A stretch of DNA of 60,716 nt, filler included. It is 4 parts of 4 records of this genome, joined end to end, with 100 filler letters (N's around TTAATTAATTAA, not from the genome) between each part and the next. Parts side by side here need not be neighbours in the genome. Positions count along the whole stretch, not along the records: positions 1 to 12,985 come from SRR2962707_4375; 3 more parts are not named here. One strand, 5' to 3'. How positions within the stretch are numbered: the stretch's first letter is position 1; each line of letters starts with the position of its first letter. Below the pieces are notes generated by a model. It searched no databases and was not told the DNA's origin. It worked only from the letters and a program-made list of their open reading frames with translations. Positions 1 through 8,860 of this stretch are shown in pieces. The position numbers and the translations under genes are program-made.

Positions 1-1
1 T

Positions 2-1219
2 GAGCACGGTAACTTTTATGTTGCCTCAGAATTAAAAGCTCTGTCACCTATTTGTAAACACATTGAAGAATTCCCGCCGGGGCATTTTTTATGGAGCAAA
101 GATGGTGAGCTACGTCCTTATTACGCTCGTGATTGGCAAAGCTTTGCAGCAGTTAAAGACAATGATGCCAAAGCGCAAGACGTAAAAGAAGCACTCGAAG
201 CTGCTGTTAAACGCCAGCTAATGTGCGACGTCCCTTATGGCGTATTACTTTCAGGTGGTTTAGATTCATCGGTTATTTCAGCAATCACGCAACGCTTTGC
301 CGCTAAACGCATTGAAGATAATGATGAAAGTGATGCGTGGTGGCCAAAACTGCATTCTTTCTCGGTTGGTCTTGAGGGTTCACCTGATTTAGCCGCAGCG
401 CAAAAAGTAGCCGATATGATAGGCACTGTTCATCACCCTATCCACTTTACTATTCAAGAAGGCATTGATGCGCTTCGCGAAGTGATTTATCACATTGAAA
501 CCTACGATGTGACAACCATTCGTGCTTCAACACCGATGTATTTAATGGCCCGTCAAATTAAAGCCATGGGTATTAAAATGGTACTCTCAGGCGAAGGCGC
601 CGATGAATTATTTGGCGGCTACTTATATTTCCATAAAGCCCCTAATGCACAAGAATTCCATGAAGAGCTAAATCGTAAAGTGTCTAAACTGCACATGTTT
701 GATTGTTTACGTGCCAATAAGTCAATGGCTGCATGGGGTGTTGAAGCGCGTGTACCGTTCCTTGATAAAGAGTTTGTAGATGTTGCAATGCGTATCAATC
801 CTGAAGGGAAAATGTGTGGCAATGGTAAAATTGAAAAACATATTTTACGTGAAGGCTTTGAAGGCTACTTACCGGATGAAGTACTTTGGCGTCAAAAAGA
901 GCAATTCTCTGATGGCGTTGGCTACAGCTGGATCGACACATTAAAAGAATACGTTGCTGAGCAAGTAAGTGACCAAGATTTAGAGAATGCAAAATTTAAG
1001 TATCCAATCAACACACCGGATTCTAAAGAAGCGTATTTTTATCGCAGCATTTTTGAGTCACACTTCCCAGGCGATGCGCCAGCGAAATGTGTACCGCATG
1101 GTAAATCAGTTGCCTGCTCAACACCTGAAGCACTGTTATGGGATGCATCATTTCAAAATAATGCTGATCCATCGGGTCGCGCTGCGGGTATCCATAACGA
1201 TGCCTATAAGCAAAAGTAA
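2..1219 (+). CDS. asnB: Asparagine synthetase B (glutamine-hydrolysing), 5'-truncated by the window edge
   Basis: The frame is open from nt 2 (EHGNFYVASELKAL...). Motifs LLSGGLDSS, SGEGADE, RVPFLD and LWRQKEQFSDG are present. Confidence 0.96.
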   Translation, partial: EHGNFYVASELKALSPICKHIEEFPPGHFLWSKDGELRPYYARDWQSFAAVKDNDAKAQDVKEALEAAVKRQLMCDVPYGVLLSGGLDSSVISAITQRFAAKRIEDNDESDAWWPKLHSFSVGLEGSPDLAAAQKVADMIGTVHHPIHFTIQEGIDALREVIYHIETYDVTTIRASTPMYLMARQIKAMGIKMVLSGEGADELFGGYLYFHKAPNAQEFHEELNRKVSKLHMFDCLRANKSMAAWGVEARVPFLDKEFVDVAMRINPEGKMCGNGKIEKHILREGFEGYLPDEVLWRQKEQFSDGVGYSWIDTLKEYVAEQVSDQDLENAKFKYPINTPDSKEAYFYRSIFESHFPGDAPAKCVPHGKSVACSTPEALLWDASFQNNADPSGRAAGIHNDAYKQK

Positions 1220-1268
1220 TAAGTTTACGCAATTATTACCTAGATACCTGCATAAAGCCCCGCGCTTT

Positions 1269-2027
1269 GTGCAGGTGTTTGCTGAACAAACTGTTTTTGA
1301 TAATCCTCCCCACAATAAAGGCTCATCGGCACTGATCGTTATTTATAAATCTGGCTTAAGCCGTTTTATGATGCAGCATATCGCAAGCCATACTCAACAC
1401 AGCGCCACTGTATTTTTGAAGCAAACTGAAATTAAAAGCCCCAGCTGTAGTATCCGCTGGTTTAACCAACACAATGAAATAAAGCGTTGTGGTCACGGTA
1501 CCCTAGCAGCGGCTTTGTATTTAAAAAAATATCAAGGTAACTCACCTCGTCAATTTTTTTCATTAACGGGTGAAATTTTTAAAATACAAACCAGTATTAA
1601 TAACTTACAGCTTGAGATCACGGCCATAAACAGCGAAAAAATTGCCCCTGTGCACGCCATCGAAATGGCGATTAAAGCGCCGATCCTGCAAAGCTATACA
1701 ACAACCAGTAAACATGGGTATACCACTGTTTTAATTAATACTGAGCATCCACTTAAAGAACTTGATGTAAGAGTGACAGAATTAACAGACTACCCCAATG
1801 CTGTAATTGTGCTTCAACAAAATCCCCATAACGGCTGCTTCTCATTTCGATATTTTGCTCCTTACTATGGCATAGCAGAAGATCAGGCAACAGGATCTGC
1901 TTTAAGTGTGCTTGCGCCGCTTATTAAACAGCTAAACACCGAATATAAAGGCACACTTTTTCAAGCATCTGTAAACGGCGCTGTAATAAATTACCAATTA
2001 AAAAAACAATCTGTGAGACTTTATTAA
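1269..2027 (+). CDS. PhzF/DAP-epimerase-like isomerase
   Basis: Motifs IRWF..EIKRCGHGTLAAA, RYFAP..GIAEDQATGSA. The start is uncertain; GTG 1269 was chosen because the upstream part of ORF 987 overlaps asnB. Confidence 0.8.
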   Translation: MQVFAEQTVFDNPPHNKGSSALIVIYKSGLSRFMMQHIASHTQHSATVFLKQTEIKSPSCSIRWFNQHNEIKRCGHGTLAAALYLKKYQGNSPRQFFSLTGEIFKIQTSINNLQLEITAINSEKIAPVHAIEMAIKAPILQSYTTTSKHGYTTVLINTEHPLKELDVRVTELTDYPNAVIVLQQNPHNGCFSFRYFAPYYGIAEDQATGSALSVLAPLIKQLNTEYKGTLFQASVNGAVINYQLKKQSVRLY

Positions 2028-2031
2028 CCTT

Positions 2032-3006
2032 TTAGTAGGGCCGCAATAAACACAGTGCAAAGTAATCATTATCATCACACCAAGTATGTTCTAACTTCAA
2101 GTTCGCCTGTTTTGCTAAAAGCTCGAACGCCGTTAATGTATATTTATGTGAATTTTCGGTATGGATGCTTTCGCCTTGTTTAAAATTCACTTCAACATTA
2201 TTTATAAAAATGCGTTGCGCGCAGTTACTGACAAGATGCATTTCAATCCTGCTTTGGAGTTCATTAAAGCGAGATTGATGAGTGAAATTATCCGGTTCAA
2301 ATGTCCCATTTAGCTCTTTATTGATGCGCAATAACATGTTTTTATTAAATGAAGCCGTAATACCCGCTTTATCATCGTAAGCATTAAGAAGCACTTGGCG
2401 GTCTTTAACTAAATCGATACCAATCAGAACATAGCCGTTGATGCCACATAAGCGGTGGAAGTTTTGCAAAATTTCAATAGCCTGAACGGGTGCAAAGTTA
2501 CCCAATGTAGAGCCAGGAAAATAAACTAGGTTTGTTTGATCCACCAATGCAGATTTTTTTGCCAATTGCTTAACCATCTGACTGTGTGTGAAATCCCCCA
2601 ACAGTGGCGAGATAACCAGCTCAGGAAAAAGCGGCGATAAGTGTGCTAAGGAATAATTGAGCATCTCTTTGGAGATTTCAAAAGGAACAAAGGTTTTTAC
2701 ATTGACTAAATGAGCAAGCAAATAAGCCACCTTTTTTCCAGATCCACAACCGGGCTCTATGATCGAGATATCTTGTGGTAATAATTGAGCAATCGCGTGA
2801 GAATACTTATCTAAAATACTCAGCTCAGTACGTGTGACATAATATTCACTAACGCCGGTGATTTGCTCAAACAATGCAGCTCCTCTATCATCGTAGAAGT
2901 ATTTGCAAGGTAGAGACTTTTGGTGCTGCGTTAAGCCATTTAAAACATCATTTAAAAATTGCTGATCTAAAACGTTTTTATTTGCTACCGCTGTAAGGTG
3001 ACTCAT
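2032..3006 (-). CDS. egtD: L-histidine N-alpha-trimethyltransferase EgtD
   Basis: Motifs LPCKYFYDDRGAALFEQIT..EYYVTRTE, FPGSTLGNF, AYDD..GITASFN, IHTENSHKY. The start overlaps the egtB stop (ATGA). Confidence 0.93.
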   Translation of the reverse strand: MSHLTAVANKNVLDQQFLNDVLNGLTQHQKSLPCKYFYDDRGAALFEQITGVSEYYVTRTELSILDKYSHAIAQLLPQDISIIEPGCGSGKKVAYLLAHLVNVKTFVPFEISKEMLNYSLAHLSPLFPELVISPLLGDFTHSQMVKQLAKKSALVDQTNLVYFPGSTLGNFAPVQAIEILQNFHRLCGINGYVLIGIDLVKDRQVLLNAYDDKAGITASFNKNMLLRINKELNGTFEPDNFTHQSRFNELQSRIEMHLVSNCAQRIFINNVEVNFKQGESIHTENSHKYTLTAFELLAKQANLKLEHTWCDDNDYFALCLLRPY

Positions 3007-4196
3007 TCGCTATCCCTCGCTAGTCTTATACTACTTTGCATCCACGCTTGATGTGGATAATAAAAATTTCGATATGTGGTGCGTAAATGATTGCTTGGTG
3101 TAAATTGACAGCCACCACGCAGTACCAATTGATTACTCATAAACTTGCCATTGTATTCACCTGCGACACCACTGATAGGTTTGAAGCCGGGATAAGGCAA
3201 ATAAGCACTGTTTGTCCACTGCCAGCCGCTATCACTTAGTTGTAGGAGTATATCGGGTTGTTGTTGTGCCGCGTATTCCCACTCAAACTCTGTTGGCAGC
3301 CTCGCATTTGCAAAATTTGCATAAGCACATGCTTCATAGTAATTCACATGAGTAACAGCAGCGTTTAAATCCAGCGGTTGTAAGCCATTTAAAGTAAACT
3401 CAAACCACTCTGCGTTTATAAAATGCCAATACAAAGGCTGTGTAAGTTGCTCTTTTTGAATATAGCTCCAGCCATCACTTAACCAATGTATGGGTTGTTG
3501 ATAGCCCTGTTGATTAATAAATTCGAGGTATTCACCGTTAGTCACTAACCGATTTGCTAAACTGAAAGGGTGCATCAACACTGAATGATTTGGCCGCTCG
3601 TTATCATAAGAAAAGTTCTCATCTAGTGCTGCCCCTACAGTGATAATAGACTCTTTAAATTGCACAAATCCGAGAGGGGTTGATACCTTGTTCGCGGTTG
3701 CTACTACAGGTTGATGATAAGCTGGGAACAAGGGATTAAATGAAAAGTTATATTTAATATCCATTAACATCAGCTCTTGGTGCTGCTGCTCATGATTAAT
3801 GCCAAGTTCAACAATCTCTTCTAAGCCATTATCACTTGTCAGCAATTCAGCCATTGCTTGGTCAACATACCGACGGTACTCAAGTACTGATTCTAAACTT
3901 GGTCGTGATAAAGTCCCCCGATAAGCTCGGCTAAACTGCTCTCCAACACCATTGTAATAAGAGTTAAATAGCACCTTAAATTCGGCATTAAAAATACAGT
4001 AGTTAGTAAGGTGCGGTACTAATAAGAAAGTTTCAAAGAACCATGTGGTGTGCGCCAGGTGCCATTTCATAGGGCTTACATCTGGCATTGCTTGAAGCTG
4101 GCAATCTTCAACGCTGAGGTTGCTAATTAATTGCTCTGAATCCCGCCTTACTTTATTAAAGTTACGCAAAAGCGTTTGGTTATCCTTTGCTATCAT
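3003..4196 (-). CDS. egtB: Ergothioneine sulfoxide synthase EgtB (DinB_2 + FGE-sulfatase domains)
   Basis: Motifs SPMKWHLAHTTWFFETF, iron-binding HEQQHQEL, RLPTEFEWE, EYNGKFM, YRNFY. GAGGGA RBS precedes ATG 4196. Confidence 0.92.
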   Translation of the reverse strand: MIAKDNQTLLRNFNKVRRDSEQLISNLSVEDCQLQAMPDVSPMKWHLAHTTWFFETFLLVPHLTNYCIFNAEFKVLFNSYYNGVGEQFSRAYRGTLSRPSLESVLEYRRYVDQAMAELLTSDNGLEEIVELGINHEQQHQELMLMDIKYNFSFNPLFPAYHQPVVATANKVSTPLGFVQFKESIITVGAALDENFSYDNERPNHSVLMHPFSLANRLVTNGEYLEFINQQGYQQPIHWLSDGWSYIQKEQLTQPLYWHFINAEWFEFTLNGLQPLDLNAAVTHVNYYEACAYANFANARLPTEFEWEYAAQQQPDILLQLSDSGWQWTNSAYLPYPGFKPISGVAGEYNGKFMSNQLVLRGGCQFTPSNHLRTTYRNFYYPHQAWMQSSIRLARDSE

Positions 4197-4545
4197 ATTA
4201 TCCCTCACAAACTAGCTGTATTAACTATAGTTTAAGTTTAGTTAAAAGGCATTTAAGTGACACTTAGATGAAATATTAATTAGAGTTGGATATTAAATTA
4301 GTGATTATTGCTTATTTTTCCTCATCATCATGACAGCACCAAAACGATCCTGTAAGCTATTCATTACCGTAATGGCTATAATTCAGCGGTTTACGAATAA
4401 TCTAGGTTTACATTTTGACGATTACTTCTACACTTTAGCATATTACTAAGTGCTATTTTTAGTTTGTCTACGAAGTAATAATCCTGTTCGGGATCGCTGC
4501 TCAAACCATTAAAACAAACGGAAATTTAACAAAAGAGGCTTATTC

Positions 4546-6120
4546 ATGAGTGATAATCATGACAAATATAGTATTGATAATACGGACTATACGGTAGGCC
4601 AGGATAATATTCAGAAATGGGGATTTGATGTACATAATCCAGTTTTTGGTACCAGTGCTGGCTTAGTTTTAATTTTTTTAATCGCAGTGTTAATTAGTGA
4701 TCCTGACTCAGCAAAAGCAATGCTAGACGGGATAAAATTCGACATCATTAATACATTTGATAGCTTTTTGATGTGGTCCGCTAATATTTTTTTATTGTTC
4801 TGTATCGGTTTAATTTTCTCACCTTACGGGAAAATTAGATTAGGTGGTGTAAGCGCGCGCCCTACTCATTCACGTCTTTCATGGATGGCAATGCTGTTTG
4901 CTGCGGGTATGGGTATAGGTTTAATGTTCTGGGGGGTTGCAGAGCCAGTCGCCTACTACACCGGTTGGTATGAAACGCCACTCAATGTCACACCTAATAC
5001 GCCTGAAGCTGCAAAACTTGCCATGGGCGCGACCATGTTTCACTGGGGACTACACCCTTGGGCTATTTATGCCGTTGTTGCTTTGTCATTGGCCTTTTTT
5101 ACATATAATAAAGGTTTACCGCTTTCAATTCGCTCTATTTTTTATCCTATTTTAGGTGATAGAACATGGGGTTGGCCAGGTCACGTTATTGATATTTTAG
5201 CAGTACTGGCGACGTTATTTGGTTTAGCAACTTCCCTCGGCTTAGGTGCGCAACAAGCCTCAGCGGGTATAGACCATGTATTTGGTATTGAATCCGGTGT
5301 TGGTTTACAAATCATAGTCATTTCCGTCGTCACCTTATTAGCGATTATTTCGGTAGTACGCGGTATTGATGGCGGCGTAAAGCTACTCAGTAATATTAAT
5401 ATGTTGATTGCCTTTGCCTTGCTAATGTTCGTTTTATTAGTTGGCTTTGCAGCGTCTGTAGGCAACATTCCAACCACAGTAATGGGCTATGTTGAAAACA
5501 TTATTCCGTTAAGTAACCCGCATGGTCGCGAAGATGAAACCTGGATGCACGGTTGGACTGTGTTCTACTGGGCTTGGTGGATCTCTTGGTCTCCATTTGT
5601 TGGTATGTTTATCGCACGTGTATCTGAGGGGCGTACTATCCGTGAGTTTTTAATTGCGGTATTGCTTATTCCAACTATGGTCACGATACTGTGGATGTCA
5701 ATTTATGGCGGTATTGCAATTGATCAAGTCATTAATGGGGTTGGTAAACTTGGTACCGAAGGATTAACGCAAGTACCACTGGCGATGTTTGAAATGTTTG
5801 ATGAATTACCAATGGCTAAATTACTGTCATTCACTGCGGTTGTTCTAGTATTGGTATTCTTTATTACCTCGTCAGATTCAGGGTCATTAGTTATTGATTC
5901 GATCACTGCCGGTGGTAAAGTTGATGCGCCAGTACCACAACGCATTTTTTGGGCGACGGTTGAAGGCGCCATAGCAGCAACACTACTTTGGGTAGGTGGA
6001 ACGAAAGCAATGGAGGCACTGCAAGCCGGTGCCGTGTCCACAGGCTTACCATTCACGATTGTACTACTAATGATGTGTGTAAGCTTACTGTTAGGACTTA
6101 GAACCGAACCAAGAAGCTAA
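4546..6120 (+). CDS. BCCT-family (betaine/choline/carnitine) transporter
   Basis: Motifs MLFAAGMGIGLMFWGVAEP, HWGLHPW, WTVFYWAWWISWSPFVGMFIARVS, TSSDSGS; multiple TM segments. Confidence 0.95.
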   Translation: MSDNHDKYSIDNTDYTVGQDNIQKWGFDVHNPVFGTSAGLVLIFLIAVLISDPDSAKAMLDGIKFDIINTFDSFLMWSANIFLLFCIGLIFSPYGKIRLGGVSARPTHSRLSWMAMLFAAGMGIGLMFWGVAEPVAYYTGWYETPLNVTPNTPEAAKLAMGATMFHWGLHPWAIYAVVALSLAFFTYNKGLPLSIRSIFYPILGDRTWGWPGHVIDILAVLATLFGLATSLGLGAQQASAGIDHVFGIESGVGLQIIVISVVTLLAIISVVRGIDGGVKLLSNINMLIAFALLMFVLLVGFAASVGNIPTTVMGYVENIIPLSNPHGREDETWMHGWTVFYWAWWISWSPFVGMFIARVSEGRTIREFLIAVLLIPTMVTILWMSIYGGIAIDQVINGVGKLGTEGLTQVPLAMFEMFDELPMAKLLSFTAVVLVLVFFITSSDSGSLVIDSITAGGKVDAPVPQRIFWATVEGAIAATLLWVGGTKAMEALQAGAVSTGLPFTIVLLMMCVSLLLGLRTEPRS

Positions 6121-6139
6121 ACACAGTTAACTAAAATCT

Positions 6140-6170
6140 AAAAACGCCGCTAAAATTAGCGGCGTTTTTT
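6140..6170. terminator. Bidirectional intrinsic terminator between the BCCT and exonuclease genes
   Basis: AAAAACGCCGCTAA-AA-TTAGCGGCGTTTTTT: a perfect stem with A and T tracts between convergent genes. Confidence 0.9.
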
Positions 6171-6870
6171 ATATCCATAAATCTGCAAGCCGTGTGTCAT
6201 CACGATAATGATATGCCAGCTGTGCTTGTAATAACTCTGCGGTAGCCAATGCATCAGTAAGTGCACTGTGGCTTTGATAAGCAGGCAGTGAATAACGTTT
6301 ACGTGAGTCGCCCAATCTTACTGAATCAAGTTTCTTATTAAATAACCGGCCAATTAGCCCTTGTCTGGCTTTTAACGCGCGCTTCTCTAACTCAAGTGTA
6401 TCAATCACTGCAAACTCAAGCCCCTCGCCTAGTCGAGCCTGTAAAGCCTGATATAGAAAGTGACGTTCAATCGGCGCAAAGTGAACAACCACCACTTTTC
6501 CTGCCAATGCCGCTAATAAAGGCTCAATGATTTTAGAAAAATCAGGAGCATCAATCAATTCAGAATGGGTGATGCCATGAATAACAATTGATTCTTCATC
6601 AAGCTTTTGTTTCGGGTTTACCAGCCAATGTTTACTGCCACTGCAGCTGATACGCCGGGTATTAAACGGCACTAAACCCGCACTGACAATATCATCATGA
6701 TTAAAATTTAGACCGGTCGTCTCAAAATCTAAAGCAACTAAAGGAACGTCACTAATCGCGGTATTACCATCAAAAATAGCGTTCCTGTAATAGTTTTTGA
6801 TACAGTCATGTTTGCTGCTGTTTTCTAGCTGCTTATAACGTTTTTGCCAATCAATTTTATTCCCCGCCAT
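6169..6870 (-). CDS. DEDDh 3'-5' exonuclease (DNA Pol III epsilon-like)
   Basis: ExoI motif LDFETTG and ExoIII motif HSALTDALATAEL. It lies 1 nt downstream of the DUF294 gene. Confidence 0.9.
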   Translation of the reverse strand: MAGNKIDWQKRYKQLENSSKHDCIKNYYRNAIFDGNTAISDVPLVALDFETTGLNFNHDDIVSAGLVPFNTRRISCSGSKHWLVNPKQKLDEESIVIHGITHSELIDAPDFSKIIEPLLAALAGKVVVVHFAPIERHFLYQALQARLGEGLEFAVIDTLELEKRALKARQGLIGRLFNKKLDSVRLGDSRKRYSLPAYQSHSALTDALATAELLQAQLAYHYRDDTRLADLWI

Positions 6871-6871
6871 A

Positions 6872-8770
6872 TTATTTAATACCTGAATTAGCTGAGTATC
6901 TAAATTTAAGGAAGTTTTGTGCTTTGTCTAAAATAGCAAATGCTTCTTTTAGATTGCGCTGCTCAAACGGCGATAATAAATGTGGTTCTAAATCATTATC
7001 CGGTTGCTCATCGAGTTGCTCTATTTGCCACGCTTGGTGGCGAATACGCACCATGGCAATGTATTCAAGTGCGTCTCTTAAATCTTGTGCTTTGCCTTCT
7101 GGCAGCAATTTAGCATCTATAATATCTTCTAAGCGCTCAAATGAATTTTGTTTACGTGAACCTACGGCCAAAGCATGCACTCTTATCACATCAGATAATG
7201 GCGCAGTACCGCGTCGTTTAAGGTTCATCGAACGCTTATGTTGACCATTGTGCTCAAGCACAAAGTCTTTAAAAAAGCCCAGTGGCGGTGTACGGTTTCG
7301 CGCGTTGGCAGCCATATTTGCTAAAAAGCGTTTATTGTTGCGCCCTTCTATGGCAATAAAACGTTGCAGCTCTTGTGCCCATTTAACTTTGCCGTATACG
7401 CCATCTAAATCAAAAAAAATGGCGCTATTGAGTAAAGCTTGTGGTTTTGGCTCGGCAATCCATTTAGCAAATTGCGCCTGCCATTGATCTTTGGTTAATC
7501 GCCACTTTTTAAATGAAGCCATTATTTCACCAGCACAATATGTATAGCCGCATTCAGCTAAACCATCGCACACAAAGTCAGCCAGCTTTTGAAAATATTC
7601 ATCATGCTTTGCTTCATCAAAACTGTTATCTAGGATAATGGCGTTATCTTGGTCGGTAACAATAAGCTGTTCATCACGGGCCATTGAACCTAAAGCGATA
7701 AAGCAATAAGGCACTGGCGGAGGGCCAAATTCTTCCTCAGCTAAACTTAACAAACGTTGTTTAAAGGTGCGGCCAATCACAGCCATTGCAGTACCAATCA
7801 TGTGTGAATTAGCGTCTTCATTTACCATACGTACAAACACGTTTGGTAATTGCCGTGCATAATATGCAAGATCTTCAACAGAGGGCTGCGATAATATCCC
7901 TCTAACTAACAGTAAGCTGCTTTGCGATTCGTAACGTAAAATATCGGAAAGTGAAATCACACCGATAGGCTTTTTCTTAACAACAACAGGTAAGTGATGG
8001 ATATTCTCTCGTAGCATCGCTAAAACAGCTTCAAAGATATACGCGTTACTGTCTAGTAAAATTAAATCTTGCTGCATGATAGCTTGCGCTGTCATCGTGT
8101 AATCAAGACCTGCGGCAATGACTTTACTGCGTAAATCTCTATCTGTGATAATACCAACAACTTGGCCATCATCATCTTCAGGATCGTCACTAATTGGCTT
8201 ATCAACATCGGTTACAAGTACCGACGATACCGATTCATCCGTCATCACTTGCGCTACGTGCTGTATACTGGCATCTTTTGCCACAGTGACAACGTCGCGA
8301 TGGAGTAGAGATTTTACTTTAGCCGTTGTTAAATCATTACTATCGGCTTGTTCAACAATTGCTTGATGCAACCTTACCGTGCCGTTGGCTTCAAAATAGT
8401 CTGCAAATGCGTCAAATTTATCACAATATTTATTAAAGAATTCAACGTTAATACAATAAACTAAAGTATCTTCAAGTGCTTTTGCAGGGTAACGAACTTT
8501 GCGATTCATTAATAAACCCATTTGCCCAAATATACCACCAACCGTTAATCGGTTGTACAGCTCGCCATCGCGTCGATACATTTCAACTGCACCACTGCGA
8601 ATTATATATAAGTCATTTATATCATCGCCATAGAGAAGAATATTGGTTCCAGCGCGAAAGTAAGCAACTTCGATTTGACACGCTAGTTGGTTTAAAGCTT
8701 CTTCTGGTAGATCATCGAATGGCGCGTGCTCACACAGGAAATGAGCGATATCAACATGTTCGGCTTGCAT
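6872..8770 (-). CDS. cNMP-binding + CBS pair + DUF294 nucleotidyltransferase-like protein
   Basis: N-terminal cNMP-like region (LYIIRSGAVE..GGIFG), CBS motifs (GIITDRDLR, IHHLPVV), NTase motif ALGSMARDEQ..TDQDNA, and the DUF294_C region (PPLGFF, NLKRRG). Confidence 0.92.
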   Translation of the reverse strand: MQAEHVDIAHFLCEHAPFDDLPEEALNQLACQIEVAYFRAGTNILLYGDDINDLYIIRSGAVEMYRRDGELYNRLTVGGIFGQMGLLMNRKVRYPAKALEDTLVYCINVEFFNKYCDKFDAFADYFEANGTVRLHQAIVEQADSNDLTTAKVKSLLHRDVVTVAKDASIQHVAQVMTDESVSSVLVTDVDKPISDDPEDDDGQVVGIITDRDLRSKVIAAGLDYTMTAQAIMQQDLILLDSNAYIFEAVLAMLRENIHHLPVVVKKKPIGVISLSDILRYESQSSLLLVRGILSQPSVEDLAYYARQLPNVFVRMVNEDANSHMIGTAMAVIGRTFKQRLLSLAEEEFGPPPVPYCFIALGSMARDEQLIVTDQDNAIILDNSFDEAKHDEYFQKLADFVCDGLAECGYTYCAGEIMASFKKWRLTKDQWQAQFAKWIAEPKPQALLNSAIFFDLDGVYGKVKWAQELQRFIAIEGRNNKRFLANMAANARNRTPPLGFFKDFVLEHNGQHKRSMNLKRRGTAPLSDVIRVHALAVGSRKQNSFERLEDIIDAKLLPEGKAQDLRDALEYIAMVRIRHQAWQIEQLDEQPDNDLEPHLLSPFEQRNLKEAFAILDKAQNFLKFRYSANSGIK

Positions 8771-8808
8771 TAACTTGTCCGTTTTGATGCGTTTTGTTGA
8801 TTGTGGGC

Positions 8809-8846
8809 CTAATCGGCTATTTTTTCAAAGAAAAATAACCGATTAG
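8809..8846. terminator. Hairpin downstream of the RND gene (terminator-like or intergenic palindrome)
   Basis: CTAATCGGCTATTTTT-TCAAAG-AAAAATAACCGATTAG is a near-perfect inverted repeat. Confidence 0.6.
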
Positions 8847-8860
8847 TACAAGTAACGAGG

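Noticed and set aside
987-1268. N-terminal extension of the PhzF-like ORF (346 aa in the track)
   Set aside because: It overlaps asnB out of frame, and family-like sequence only starts near 1269.
3003-4196. Ovothiol (OvoA) or selenoneine (SenA) synthase
   Set aside because: There is no fused C-terminal methyltransferase and no senB/senC nearby. Coupling to egtD indicates ergothioneine.
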